Below are positions 25,893-36,022 of a stretch of 64,000 nt of DNA, piece after piece; position 1 is the first letter of the stretch, and the number at the start of each line of letters is the position of its first letter. The stretch comes from Nitrospirota bacterium (GTDB taxonomy: Bacteria; Nitrospirota; Thermodesulfovibrionia; Thermodesulfovibrionales; Dissulfurispiraceae): positions 896,001 through 960,000 of the forward strand of contig CAVPZX010000002.1 in assembly GCA_963710375.1 (NCBI GenBank), read 5' to 3'. The notes beneath the pieces are model-generated. The model was not told the DNA's origin and searched no databases. It saw only the letters and a program-made list of their open reading frames with translations. A program made the position numbers and the translations under genes.

Positions 25893-28280
25893 ATGAAACA
25901 GATCAACAAAGCGGCAGTCCTTGGAGCAGGGGTAATGGGGGCCACTATTGCAGCCCATCTAGCCAATGCCGGCATTCCGGTGCTCCTGCTGGACATTGTG
26001 CCGGGAGAGCTTAATGATGCCGAAAAGAAAGCGGGTCTCAGCCTCAGTGATCCCATAGTCCGGAACAGGATCGCTGCATCCGGCCTGGAAGGATTGAAAA
26101 AGATGAAGCCGGCGGCATTCTTCGTCCCCGGTTATGCGGCGTATATCGAGATTGGGAATTTCGAGGACGATATTAAAAAACTCCGGGAGTGCGACTGGGT
26201 TATCGAGGTGGTTGTCGAGAATATGGCGATCAAGAAAAAACTCTTTACCGAGAAGGTTGTCCCAAACCTCAAGGAGGAGGCAATACTGACTACCAATACG
26301 AGCGGACTCTCTGTCAACGATATGGCCGAGGCCCTGCCCGATCATGTTCGCAAGAGATTCCTTGTCACTCACTTTTTCAACCCTCCGCGTTACATGCGAC
26401 TGCTGGAGATCGTACCTTGCCGGTATACTGATCCGGCTGTAACAGAGTTCATGGCTTCGGCTGCTGGCAAGCGCTTGGGCAAAGGTATTGTACATGCCAA
26501 GGATACGCCCAATTTCATCGCAAATCGAATCGGCGTCTATGCATCGTGCAACGCTACGCGCATCATGATGGATATGGATATGACTGTCGAAGAGGTGGAT
26601 GCAGTTGCCGGACCTGCCACCGGCAGACCCAAGAGCGCTTCCTTCAGAACGTCCGATCTTGTGGGACTGGATACAAGCCTGCGCATCGTAGAGAATACAT
26701 ACGCACTCCTTCCGAATGACGAGGATCGCGAGGTCTTCCATTCAGCTGAATTCATGAAGGATATGGTAAAAAAAGGTCTGCTCGGCAATAAGACCAAACA
26801 GGGTTTTTATAAAAAAATCATCGGCGACAAAGGCCCGGAGTTTCTTTATTACGATTACAAAACGGGAGAATATGTTCCTTCTAAACGACCCAAGTTCTCC
26901 TCCGTTGAATCAGCCAAGTCTATCGATGATCCCGGCAAAAGGCTCCAGACTGTTCTTTCGGGCAGTGATAAAGGTGCTGAGTTTGCATGGCGGAGCATCC
27001 GCGACACGCTTCTGTATGCCTTCAAGCGGGTCCCTGAGATCGCGGACGATATTGTCAATGTTGATAACGCTATGAAATGGGGATACAACTGGGAACTCGG
27101 CCCCTTCGAGACGCTCGACGCTATCGGCGTCGCTAATTTTGTCAGTCGGGCGGAAAAAGACGGGGTTCAGGTGCCGGCCGGGCTGAAATCGATAGAGAGG
27201 TTCTATAAATTCGAGAATGGCAAGAATTATTTCTACAGCATTCCAGATAAGGCATATAAGGAAATTTCCCGCAGGCCCGATCACATCAGATTATCGCTAC
27301 TGAAAAAAACTGGAGGAGAGGTCGAGAAGAACAGCGGGGCCTCTGTCATAGATTTGGGGGATGGGGTCTTCTGCCTGGACTTCCATACTAAGATGAACGC
27401 TATCGGCGGCGAGACACTCTCGATGGTTCACAAGGCTATCAAGCGCGCTGAGGATGAAGGCATCGGGCTGGTAATTGCTAATGAAGGGACCATCTTCTCT
27501 GCAGGCGCCAACCTCATGCTCCTGGCTACAGCTATTGCCGAGGGAGACTACGATGATATCGCGCTGACTATCAAATCTTTCCACAAAGCGATGATGGCGA
27601 TCAAGTACTCTAGGATACCGGTGGTCGCAGCGCCTCACGGCATGGCGCTCGGGGGCGGCTGTGAAACCTGTCTTCACGCTGATGCGATAAATGCGCATGC
27701 AGAGACTTATATGGGACTCGTAGAGATAGGGGTCGGACTCCTTCCCGCGGGCGGTGGGACCAAGGAGATGGCGATCCGGGCCATCGAGCTGGCGGAAAAG
27801 TACGACACAGACCCGACACCGTTTATCAACAAGAACTTTATGAATATCGCGATGGCAAAGGTGAGCACGTCCGCTTCAGAGCTTTACCAGATGGGGTTGA
27901 TGCGCCGCGGCGATGCCGTTACCATGGACATCGAAAGGCGGATATACGATGCCAAGCAGAAGGCGATCGCCCTAGCCGCCAATTACCGCCCGGGCAGGCC
28001 TCTGACCGGCCTGAAAGCGCCTGGGAGGAGCATTGCAGCCAGCATCAAATCCCAGCTCTGGAATATGCGGGTGGGAGGGTTCATCAGCGAATATGATGAG
28101 TTCCTCGGATCTACCATTGCAGATGTCATTACCGGCGGCGATGTGCCGGCCGGGACGCTTATTACCGAGGAGTACCTGCTGGACCTGGAGCGGGAGGCCT
28201 TTGTCCGGCTTTGCGGTCAAAAGAAGACGCTCGAAAGAATCCAGCACATGCTAAAGAAAGGGAAAGCATTACGAAATTAG
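25893..28280 (+). CDS. fadN: 3-hydroxyacyl-CoA dehydrogenase / enoyl-CoA hydratase (FadN type)
   Basis: GAGVMG Rossmann fold, HFFNPPRYM, KDTPNFIANRIG; C-terminal crotonase domain (FSAGANL, LGGGCE, GLVE.GVGL.P.GGG). Confidence 0.93.
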   Translation: MKQINKAAVLGAGVMGATIAAHLANAGIPVLLLDIVPGELNDAEKKAGLSLSDPIVRNRIAASGLEGLKKMKPAAFFVPGYAAYIEIGNFEDDIKKLRECDWVIEVVVENMAIKKKLFTEKVVPNLKEEAILTTNTSGLSVNDMAEALPDHVRKRFLVTHFFNPPRYMRLLEIVPCRYTDPAVTEFMASAAGKRLGKGIVHAKDTPNFIANRIGVYASCNATRIMMDMDMTVEEVDAVAGPATGRPKSASFRTSDLVGLDTSLRIVENTYALLPNDEDREVFHSAEFMKDMVKKGLLGNKTKQGFYKKIIGDKGPEFLYYDYKTGEYVPSKRPKFSSVESAKSIDDPGKRLQTVLSGSDKGAEFAWRSIRDTLLYAFKRVPEIADDIVNVDNAMKWGYNWELGPFETLDAIGVANFVSRAEKDGVQVPAGLKSIERFYKFENGKNYFYSIPDKAYKEISRRPDHIRLSLLKKTGGEVEKNSGASVIDLGDGVFCLDFHTKMNAIGGETLSMVHKAIKRAEDEGIGLVIANEGTIFSAGANLMLLATAIAEGDYDDIALTIKSFHKAMMAIKYSRIPVVAAPHGMALGGGCETCLHADAINAHAETYMGLVEIGVGLLPAGGGTKEMAIRAIELAEKYDTDPTPFINKNFMNIAMAKVSTSASELYQMGLMRRGDAVTMDIERRIYDAKQKAIALAANYRPGRPLTGLKAPGRSIAASIKSQLWNMRVGGFISEYDEFLGSTIADVITGGDVPAGTLITEEYLLDLEREAFVRLCGQKKTLERIQHMLKKGKALRN

Positions 28281-28292
28281 TTTGACGATAGT

Positions 28293-28348
28293 GTACGCGC
28301 GGGTCTTGGCCCGCCCGTATTGAGGGCAACAACAGGCATTGCCCATAC
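28293..28348. repeat. Degenerate REP doublet (GTAG-type REPIN)
   Basis: GTAcgcGCGGGTCTTGGCCCGCCC and the inverted partner GGGCAACAACAGGCATTGCCCaTAC, intergenic. Confidence 0.45.
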
Positions 28349-28371
28349 AAACATCAACGGAGGATATAAAT

Positions 28372-29544
28372 ATGAAAGCCGCATATATTTTGGCCGCATA
28401 TCGCACAGCAGGATGCAAGGCAAAAAAGGGGAAGTTCAAGGATGTCAGGCCCGATGACCTGGCCGCAGCGGCCTTGAAAGGGCTCCTGGAGAGGACAGAT
28501 ATCGATCCCATGACAGTGGAGGACATCCTGATCGGGTGTTCGTTTCCTGAAGCTGAGCAGGGCATGAACATGGCCCGGGTCGCATCGATGCGGGCAGGCA
28601 TGCCATACCAGGTCCCGGCCCAGACTGTGAACCGGTTCTGCTCCTCGGGACTTCAGACAATCGCATCGGCTGCCGAGCGGATCATGGCCGGTTTTGCCGA
28701 TTGCATTATTGCCGGTGGCGCAGAGAGCATGAGTCTCGTGCCGATGGGAGGGAACAAGTTCAGCGCCAACCCGGAACTGGTCTCAACCTGGCCGGAGTCA
28801 TTCGCCTCAATGGGAGTTACCGCCGAATACGTTTCTGATAAATACGGCATCTCCAGGAAAGACCAGGATTCATTCGCGGTCGAGAGCCATCGCAAAGCAG
28901 CAGCAGCCATCACAGAGGGTAAATTCTCTAACGAGATCATACCCTTCGAGATCGAAAAATGCGCACTGATCAACGGCAAAATGAAAAGATCGAAAGAGAC
29001 AGTCACTATTGATGACGGCGTCAGGAAAGATACTACAATGGAGACTCTGTCTAAATTAAAGCCCGTCTTTCGGGCGAACGGCTCAGTGACTGCCGGCAAC
29101 TCGTCCCAGATGACGGACGGGGCAGCTGCAGTGCTCGTCGTTTCCGAAGAGTATCTCAAAAAGACCGGGAAATCCCCTATGGCCCGCTTCGTCTCTTTTG
29201 CAGTGAAAGGGGTCCCGCCTGAGATCATGGGCATCGGCCCTGTGGAAGCGATTCCTGCAGCCCTCAAGCTGGCAGGGCTTAAACAGGAAGATATCGGGCT
29301 GATCGAGCTCAACGAGGCTTTTGCCGCCCAGGCCCTTGCCTGCATAAGGACCCTCGGTCTCGATCCAAACCGGATAAACGTTAAGGGAGGTGCGATAGCC
29401 CTGGGGCATCCACTCGGCTGTACCGGCTCCAAACTGACCGCCTGTCTTCTCCACGAGATGCGGCGGACCGATACGCGCTACGGAATGGTCTCGATGTGCA
29501 TCGGCGGCGGCATGGGGGCTGCGGGAATTTACGAGAAAATGTAG
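28372..29544 (+). CDS. fadA: Acetyl-CoA C-acyltransferase (thiolase)
   Basis: NRFCSSG, NEAFA, GHPLG and MCIGGG; ATG 28372 with GGAGG SD. Confidence 0.95.
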   Translation: MKAAYILAAYRTAGCKAKKGKFKDVRPDDLAAAALKGLLERTDIDPMTVEDILIGCSFPEAEQGMNMARVASMRAGMPYQVPAQTVNRFCSSGLQTIASAAERIMAGFADCIIAGGAESMSLVPMGGNKFSANPELVSTWPESFASMGVTAEYVSDKYGISRKDQDSFAVESHRKAAAAITEGKFSNEIIPFEIEKCALINGKMKRSKETVTIDDGVRKDTTMETLSKLKPVFRANGSVTAGNSSQMTDGAAAVLVVSEEYLKKTGKSPMARFVSFAVKGVPPEIMGIGPVEAIPAALKLAGLKQEDIGLIELNEAFAAQALACIRTLGLDPNRINVKGGAIALGHPLGCTGSKLTACLLHEMRRTDTRYGMVSMCIGGGMGAAGIYEKM

Positions 29545-29564
29545 GGACGCCCCTTGCGGGTGTC
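29541..29564 (+). repeat. GTAG-type REP element overlapping the thiolase stop
   Basis: GTAG + GGACGCCC-TTGC-GGGTGTCC hairpin. Confidence 0.45.
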
Positions 29565-29625
29565 CTGTCCCGGCTGGCGCAAACACGCCTGACGGGAATA
29601 ATAAATAAGAAGGCTAGGTGAGAAA

Positions 29626-31434
29626 ATGACTACTAAAACTATCGAGGTGAACAACATGGCAGCGAAAATATTTAAAGGCGCGGAATACCTGATTACGGAA
29701 ATAACCAAGGATGATGTCTTCACGCCGGAGGACTTCACCGACGAGCAGAAACAGATCGGTGAGACAACAGAGCAGTTCCTGATTAACGAGGTGTTCCCGC
29801 ACAAAGATGAGATAGAGAACCATAACTTCGACATAGTTGTGGACCTTATGGCCAAATGCGGGGACCTGGGGCTTCTCATGATGGACGCTCCTGAGGAGTA
29901 CGGAGGGCTCGGGCTGGACAAGGCGACGACTATACTGGTAGCGGACAAGTTCGGCGTCGGCGGTTCCTTTTCTGTAACCTACTCGGCCCATACAGGCATC
30001 GGTACGCTGCCTCTGGTCTATTACGGCACTGATGAGCAGAAAAAGAAATACCTGAATAAAATAATCAGCGGTGAATGGATCGCCGCCTACTGCCTCACCG
30101 AGCCTGACTCCGGGAGTGATGCGCTGGGGGCAAAGGCGACAGCTACCCTCTCAGCCGACGGCAAGTACTATATCCTGAACGGGACAAAGCAGTTCATCAC
30201 AAACGGCAGCATTGCTAATCTTTATACAATCTTCGCAAAGATCGACAAAAAACACTTCACAGCTTTCCTCGTAGAAAGGACCACGGAAGGCCTGAGCATC
30301 GGGGCAGAAGAGAAGAAGCTCGGTATCAGGGGTTCGTCCACTACTCAGATTATTCTCGATAACGCCAAAGTGCCGGTCGAAAACCTGCTGGGCGAGATCG
30401 GCAAGGGACACAAAATAGCCTTCAACGTGCTTAACGTCGGCCGCTTCAAGCTCGGCGCATCTGCGACAGGGGGCGCAAGGGCCGCCCTCGGCGAGGGGAT
30501 CAGGTATGCCAATACCAGAAAGCAGTTTGGCGTCTCCATCGCGACCTTTGGCGCAATCAAGGAGAAGATCGCTGATATGACTGCCGATGTCTTTGCTTCG
30601 GAGTCTCTCATTTACCGCCTGGCCGGTCTTATCGACAACAAGCTCGCTACCATCTCCAAAGATACTCCCGGGTACTACGAAGTTTATCAGAATGGGATAG
30701 AGGAGTATGCCGTCGAGTGCGCCATAGCTAAGGTCTTCTGCAGCGAAGTACTGTCCTATGTTGTAGACGAGGTCGTACAGATTCACGGCGGCTATGGTTT
30801 TATTGAGGACTATCCTGCAGAGAGATTCTACCGTGACTCGAGGATCAACCGGATTTTTGAGGGGACAAATGAGATCAATCGTCTCCTGATCCCCGGCATT
30901 ATTCTCACGAGGGCTATGAAGGGTCAGATACCGCTCCAGAAAGAAGCGATGAAGGCGATCCAGTCGCTCATGTCCCCCTCATTAGAGGAGATCGATGATA
31001 CGGTGCCGTTCGCCGCTGAGAAGGCGCTCATTGTTAACTTGAAAAAAGCCTTCCTCGTGCTCGCGGGTTCAGCAGCCCAGAAATACATGGAACGGATCAA
31101 AGACGAGCAGGAGATCCTCATGGCAGCAGCGGACGTTGCAATCAATATATTTGCGATCGAGAGCGCTGTGCTCCGCGCAGAAAAAATCCTGCCCGCTCTT
31201 AGCGAGAACAAAAAGGAAAACGTCACAGCTGCAGTGAAAGTCTTTACATTCAATGCGGCTGAGAAAACCGCAACCGCTGCACGCAGAGCAGCCTACTTCA
31301 TCGAGGAAGGCGATAATCTGTCTATGCTGCTCTCCGGCATAAGGCGTTTCACTAAATATGACGCTGCCGGGCTCCTCCAGGCCAAGCGGCAACTCGCCAA
31401 CGCAGCAGCAGAGGCGGAGAAGTATATATTCTAA
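29626..31434 (+). CDS. fadE: Acyl-CoA dehydrogenase (long, Bacillus FadE-like)
   Basis: AYCLTEPDSGSDA, LNG.KQFITN, QIHGGYGF and RIFEGTNEINR; start may be 29656. Confidence 0.93.
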   Translation: MTTKTIEVNNMAAKIFKGAEYLITEITKDDVFTPEDFTDEQKQIGETTEQFLINEVFPHKDEIENHNFDIVVDLMAKCGDLGLLMMDAPEEYGGLGLDKATTILVADKFGVGGSFSVTYSAHTGIGTLPLVYYGTDEQKKKYLNKIISGEWIAAYCLTEPDSGSDALGAKATATLSADGKYYILNGTKQFITNGSIANLYTIFAKIDKKHFTAFLVERTTEGLSIGAEEKKLGIRGSSTTQIILDNAKVPVENLLGEIGKGHKIAFNVLNVGRFKLGASATGGARAALGEGIRYANTRKQFGVSIATFGAIKEKIADMTADVFASESLIYRLAGLIDNKLATISKDTPGYYEVYQNGIEEYAVECAIAKVFCSEVLSYVVDEVVQIHGGYGFIEDYPAERFYRDSRINRIFEGTNEINRLLIPGIILTRAMKGQIPLQKEAMKAIQSLMSPSLEEIDDTVPFAAEKALIVNLKKAFLVLAGSAAQKYMERIKDEQEILMAAADVAINIFAIESAVLRAEKILPALSENKKENVTAAVKVFTFNAAEKTATAARRAAYFIEEGDNLSMLLSGIRRFTKYDAAGLLQAKRQLANAAAEAEKYIF

Positions 31435-31455
31435 TACATATGAGGGCTTTGCTAA

Positions 31456-32424
31456 ATGCATAAAACTACTGTAGATGCGGTCGTACAACAACATACGACA
31501 GATACTCCTTATCTGGTCGGCGAGGCCCACTTCTATACTACGGAGATCAATGGGGACCTGGTACTTTTTGATACCGGTCCCAATACTCCGGCAAACATTG
31601 ACTTCATGGGGAAGCAGGTAGATATCAGGCGCCTGAAGTATGTCTTCATTACACATTCTCATGTAGACCATTACGGTCTTGCCGCATTCCTTTCCCGGAA
31701 CTCTGATGCGGAAGTCATTCTTCCGCGAAAGGATGCCATCAAGTTCAGGGAAAGTAATGAACAGATAGCCTATATCAGGAGACTCCTGAATGAGTGCGGA
31801 TACGACGACGAATTTGCTGCAGGGCTGAGTCATATTACCCAGAAAGAAGAAATATTCCCTGCGTTCCCTGAGAGGTACAGCATTGTTGAGGAATCGGATG
31901 TGCCTGAAAGGCTCGGGATAAGCTGGCTCTCCTGCCCCGGACATTCCCAGAGCGATTTTGTATACCTCCTGGGCAACCACGCGGTCACCGGGGATATTCT
32001 CCTGCGAAACATCTTCCAGGCTCCGCTTCTCGATCTGGACCTCGAAACATTTTCGGGCAGGTTCAGGAATTATTACGCGTATTGCGACAGTCTGCTCAAG
32101 ATCGAGAAGTTAAGGGGGTATGAGATACACCCCGGCCACCGCTTCTCTGTGGATAGCGTTGATGATACCGTTCTTTTTTATGTAAGAAAACTGATTGAAA
32201 GGGCCGGACAAGTGAAGAGATTTGCCGGAATCAAATTGGTCCGCGACGTCATCGCACAGATCTTTGGGGATTCCCCCGGAGACACTTTTGTCACCTATCT
32301 TAAGCTTTCCCAGATTCTCTTCATGCGGGATTTCCTCGCTGAGCCGGAGCGCCTGAGAGAGTCCCTGGAGCATATGGGTCTGTTCGAGGCCGTCAGGGAC
32401 CTTTACGCTGCGGTGGTGGATTAG
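31456..32424 (+). CDS. Metallo-beta-lactamase fold hydrolase
   Basis: THSHVDHYG, PGHS, TGD and PGH. Confidence 0.88.
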   Translation: MHKTTVDAVVQQHTTDTPYLVGEAHFYTTEINGDLVLFDTGPNTPANIDFMGKQVDIRRLKYVFITHSHVDHYGLAAFLSRNSDAEVILPRKDAIKFRESNEQIAYIRRLLNECGYDDEFAAGLSHITQKEEIFPAFPERYSIVEESDVPERLGISWLSCPGHSQSDFVYLLGNHAVTGDILLRNIFQAPLLDLDLETFSGRFRNYYAYCDSLLKIEKLRGYEIHPGHRFSVDSVDDTVLFYVRKLIERAGQVKRFAGIKLVRDVIAQIFGDSPGDTFVTYLKLSQILFMRDFLAEPERLRESLEHMGLFEAVRDLYAAVVD

Positions 32425-32503
32425 CACTAGGATATCCGATAGAACCGGCTTATCCTTTTTATTCCGGATAAATGAACGCTATGATCAATAATTGGAGGAC
32501 ATT

Positions 32504-34507
32504 ATGAACGACCCTCTTTTTCAACGGATCACGATAAACGGCCTTGAGGTGAAGAACCGCATCTTCATGCCTGCAATGCACCTGAATATGGCGAGTAATT
32601 ACGAGGTCAACGACCGGCTGATCGAGTTCTATGCTGAACGGGCGCGAGGCGGAGCGGGGATGATCACTGTGGGCTATGCAACAGTTGACGAACTCTCCGG
32701 CAATCCCGGGAATATCGGCGCTCACAGCGACGATTTCATTCAGGGTCTCGCCCGCCTGTCTGCAGCGATCAAAGATAACGGCGCCTGCTCTTCCGTTCAG
32801 CTGAACCATGCAGGCCGATATAATTTTTCGTTCTTTCTCGGCGGAAAACAGCCGGTAGCCCCTTCAGCCGTTGCCTCCCGACTGACCAGGGAAACGCCGC
32901 GCGAACTGACCCTTGATGAAATCGGCAGTATCATAGAGCGTTTTTGCCAGGCTGCCCTTCGGGTGAAAAAGGCCGGCTTCGATGCTGTGGAGATTCTGTC
33001 CGGCACAGGGTATCTCATCAGTGAATTCCTTTCACCTCTGACCAATAAAAGGACGGATCAATATGGAGGTTCGATCGAAAACCGGATGCGCTTCGGCCTG
33101 GATGTAGTCCGCGGAGTGCGCCAGGCAGTTGGTCGCGATTTCCCGCTCCTTGTCAGGCTGAACGGCAATGAGTTCATGAAAGGGGGCACGAGCCGGGCGG
33201 AGTTGCAGGAATATGCAGTCCGCCTGACAGAGGAAGGGGTTGATGCCCTCTGCGTCAATGTCGGATGGCATGAAGCAGAGGTCCCGCAGATCGTGACCGA
33301 AGTTCCCCGGGGTGTCTTCGCATATTTGGCGCGGGGCATCAAGGAAAGAGTGAACGTGCCTGTGATTGCCAGCCATAGGATCAATGATCCTGCAGTAGCC
33401 AGGGAGATGATCGCAAACGGGCTATGCGACATGGTAGCTATGGGACGGGCACTGATCGCTGATCCCCAGCTTCCCGAGAAGGCGCGGACCGGACGCGATA
33501 AGGATATCGTGCATTGCGTTGCCTGCGGCCAGGGATGCTTCGATAATCTCTTCAAGATGAAAGCGGTCGAGTGCCTCTGCAATCCCCGGGCTGGTTACGA
33601 GAAAAAACGGGCTGTGACAAAGGCCGGCAAGCCGCTGAAAATTATGATAGTCGGAGGTGGTTCTGCTGGAATGAGCGCGGCAGCAGCTGCAGCTGATCGC
33701 GGGCACCTGGTCACTCTGTACGAAAAAGGAGACCGGCTGGGCGGCCAGCTGCATCTTGCCGGAGCTCCTCCGGGCAGGAAGGAGTTCAAGGGATTAATAA
33801 ACGACCTCGCCTGTCAGCTTGCCATTAGTGGAGCTACGGTCGTGCTTAATCGCGAAGTCGATCAGGATCTCCTCGACAAAGAAAAGCCGGATGCAGTGAT
33901 ACTGGCCACTGGCGGAGTATCGATTAATCTTCCGATACCAGGCTCTGATCTCCCTCATGTAGTACAAGCCTGGGACGTGCTTGAAGACAGGGTAAATACC
34001 GGCAGGCATGTAGTTGTCATAGGCGGAGGCGCAGTGGGAGTGGAGACGGCTCTCTTCCTGGCGGAAAAAGGGGCGCTGTCAGGAGAGGATCTGAAGTTTC
34101 TCCTTGTTCATGAGGCTGAGTCGTGTGAGAACCTATATCAGTTGGCAATACGCGGAAATAAAAATGTGACAGTGGTCGAGATGATCGGGAAACTCGGTAC
34201 GAACTTTGGCAAGACCACCCGATGGGGTATGCTCCAGGACATGGAAAGGAGCGGGATCACGAGGAGAACGACAGCACGCGCGATAGAGATCACTGCTTCG
34301 CATGTGAGGATAGAAAGCGGAGGGAATATTGAGGAAATCCCGGCGGATACTGTTGTTCTTGCGGTAGGCACAAAGAGGTATAACCCCTTGCAGGAGATTG
34401 TTGAAAAAAAAGGAATCACGTTCAGGGTAGTGGGCGATGCGATGGAGGCTGCCACAGTCTTCGAGGCGGTCCACCAGGGGTTTGTAGCCGGAGCCGAGAT
34501 CGGCTGA
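32504..34507 (+). CDS. fadH: 2,4-dienoyl-CoA reductase (NADPH), OYE + Fe-S + FAD domains
   Basis: FYAERARGG, GYLISEFLSP.TN.RTD.YGG, GWHEA, CVACGQGC..C.CNP and GGG.AG; ATG 32504 after GGAGG. Confidence 0.88.
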   Translation: MNDPLFQRITINGLEVKNRIFMPAMHLNMASNYEVNDRLIEFYAERARGGAGMITVGYATVDELSGNPGNIGAHSDDFIQGLARLSAAIKDNGACSSVQLNHAGRYNFSFFLGGKQPVAPSAVASRLTRETPRELTLDEIGSIIERFCQAALRVKKAGFDAVEILSGTGYLISEFLSPLTNKRTDQYGGSIENRMRFGLDVVRGVRQAVGRDFPLLVRLNGNEFMKGGTSRAELQEYAVRLTEEGVDALCVNVGWHEAEVPQIVTEVPRGVFAYLARGIKERVNVPVIASHRINDPAVAREMIANGLCDMVAMGRALIADPQLPEKARTGRDKDIVHCVACGQGCFDNLFKMKAVECLCNPRAGYEKKRAVTKAGKPLKIMIVGGGSAGMSAAAAAADRGHLVTLYEKGDRLGGQLHLAGAPPGRKEFKGLINDLACQLAISGATVVLNREVDQDLLDKEKPDAVILATGGVSINLPIPGSDLPHVVQAWDVLEDRVNTGRHVVVIGGGAVGVETALFLAEKGALSGEDLKFLLVHEAESCENLYQLAIRGNKNVTVVEMIGKLGTNFGKTTRWGMLQDMERSGITRRTTARAIEITASHVRIESGGNIEEIPADTVVLAVGTKRYNPLQEIVEKKGITFRVVGDAMEAATVFEAVHQGFVAGAEIG

Positions 34508-34538
34508 TACGGGTGAAATTATCATTGCGAGGTGAGTT

Positions 34539-35093
34539 ATGAAAGCAATCCTTCTTGCATTTGCGCTGCTTCTGGTCTGTCAGAACGTCTTAGCTTTAGA
34601 GGTTGCCGGCGTTCATGTGGAACAGACTATTGCGGTCAATAACCAGGTTCTGAAGCTGAACGGTTGCGGCATTCGCAAGAAATTTTTCGTCAAGGTTTAT
34701 GTAGGATCTTTTTATGCCGCTAAACATCTGGCAACCCCGCTGGACGTGCTGCAGGATAATGGCGACAAGCTTATCAGGATGAATTTCGTCCACAGCAGGG
34801 TCTCGAAGGAGAAGATCATCGAAGCGTTTGAAGATGGTTTTGCGGCTAATTCCCTGATAGCAGGCTCTGAAGAAGTGAGAAAATTCCTCTCTTTTTTTAC
34901 GGCTGATTTTGTCAAAGGGGATACGGTCGATCTTCAGCTGGGCGCTGACGGAACTGTAGTTGTCAGACAAAACGGCAAAACCCTTGGGACAATCAAATCA
35001 GTCAGGCTCGTCAGAGGAATATTGTCCATCTACTTCGGCGAGAAGCCTGCGGATGAGGGATTAAAGGAGGGCATGCTCGGAAGAGAGTCCTGA
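34539..35093 (+). CDS. Chalcone isomerase-like (CHI-fold) exported protein
   Basis: Signal peptide; L.LNG.G.R.KFF.KVYV..Y and IYFGEKPAD..LK.GMLG. Confidence 0.85.
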   Translation: MKAILLAFALLLVCQNVLALEVAGVHVEQTIAVNNQVLKLNGCGIRKKFFVKVYVGSFYAAKHLATPLDVLQDNGDKLIRMNFVHSRVSKEKIIEAFEDGFAANSLIAGSEEVRKFLSFFTADFVKGDTVDLQLGADGTVVVRQNGKTLGTIKSVRLVRGILSIYFGEKPADEGLKEGMLGRES

Positions 35094-35097
35094 ATCA

Positions 35098-35997
35098 ATG
35101 AAAAATTCATCACATTACATACCTGTCACAGGAAAAGACACCCTCCACCTCAAACGTTTTTGGAAAGAGCCGGCTGGTCCTCCTGTCTTTATGCTGCACG
35201 GTGCGATAGAAAACGGCAGGGTCTTCTACTCGGCATCAGGGAAGGGATTAGCGCCGTACCTGGCGCAAAGCGGCTTCGACGTTTATGTTGCGGATATGCG
35301 CGGACACGGAGAAAGCAGCCCCCCCATCGGACGAGGCTCCTGCTATGGCCAGACAGAGGCCATTGTGGAGGATATCCCCGCATTTATAAGCTTTATCCTC
35401 AGGCTCAGGGGAGTCGTTCCACCTTACTGGGTAGCTCATTCATGGGGAGGCGTGCTCCTGTCTTCTTTTCTGGCAAGATATCCCGATTATTGCGCCAGCG
35501 TAAGCGCCATCGTTTATTTTGGCACTAGCCGGAAAGAACGGGTCAGAAACTTCCACAGGTTTCTGATTGTCGATCTTATCTGGAACCTGTTCTGCCCCTT
35601 GGTTACAATGTTTTCAGGCTATCTGCCTGCCAGGCAAATCCGTTTTGGTTCTGATAATGAGACAGCCAAGTACCTCCGACAGTGCAGGGAGTGGGTATAT
35701 TCAGATGAATGGGTGGATTCAGATGACGGCTTTGATTACGGGGCGGCCATCAAGAAAATCAAGCTGCCGCCTATCTGGTATATTGCCGCTAAAAATGACC
35801 CTGCTTTAGGAAATCCCGAGGATGTGCGCGATACAATGAATGAAGCCGGCATGCAGGAATCCAGGTATACGGTGCTCTCACTCGAGCACGGCAATCGCCA
35901 TGATTATGGTCACATAACAATGCTCACGCACCCGGACGCTGTTAATGATCATTTCCCCGGGATTGCAGACTGGTTTCGGCAGCACAAAAAAGTATGA
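35098..35997 (+). CDS. Alpha/beta hydrolase (esterase/lipase-like)
   Basis: HG oxyanion motif, D.RGHG.S, AHSWGG nucleophile elbow and YGH. Confidence 0.85.
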   Translation: MKNSSHYIPVTGKDTLHLKRFWKEPAGPPVFMLHGAIENGRVFYSASGKGLAPYLAQSGFDVYVADMRGHGESSPPIGRGSCYGQTEAIVEDIPAFISFILRLRGVVPPYWVAHSWGGVLLSSFLARYPDYCASVSAIVYFGTSRKERVRNFHRFLIVDLIWNLFCPLVTMFSGYLPARQIRFGSDNETAKYLRQCREWVYSDEWVDSDDGFDYGAAIKKIKLPPIWYIAAKNDPALGNPEDVRDTMNEAGMQESRYTVLSLEHGNRHDYGHITMLTHPDAVNDHFPGIADWFRQHKKV

Positions 35998-36022
35998 CAG
36001 CGAGCAGAGGAGGCAAAACTAA

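Noticed and set aside
25959..31980. Long antisense ORFs (25959-26741, 28653-29432, 30151-30786, 31069-31980)
   Set aside because: They lie opposite well-supported fad genes and have no recognisable motifs; treated as shadow ORFs.
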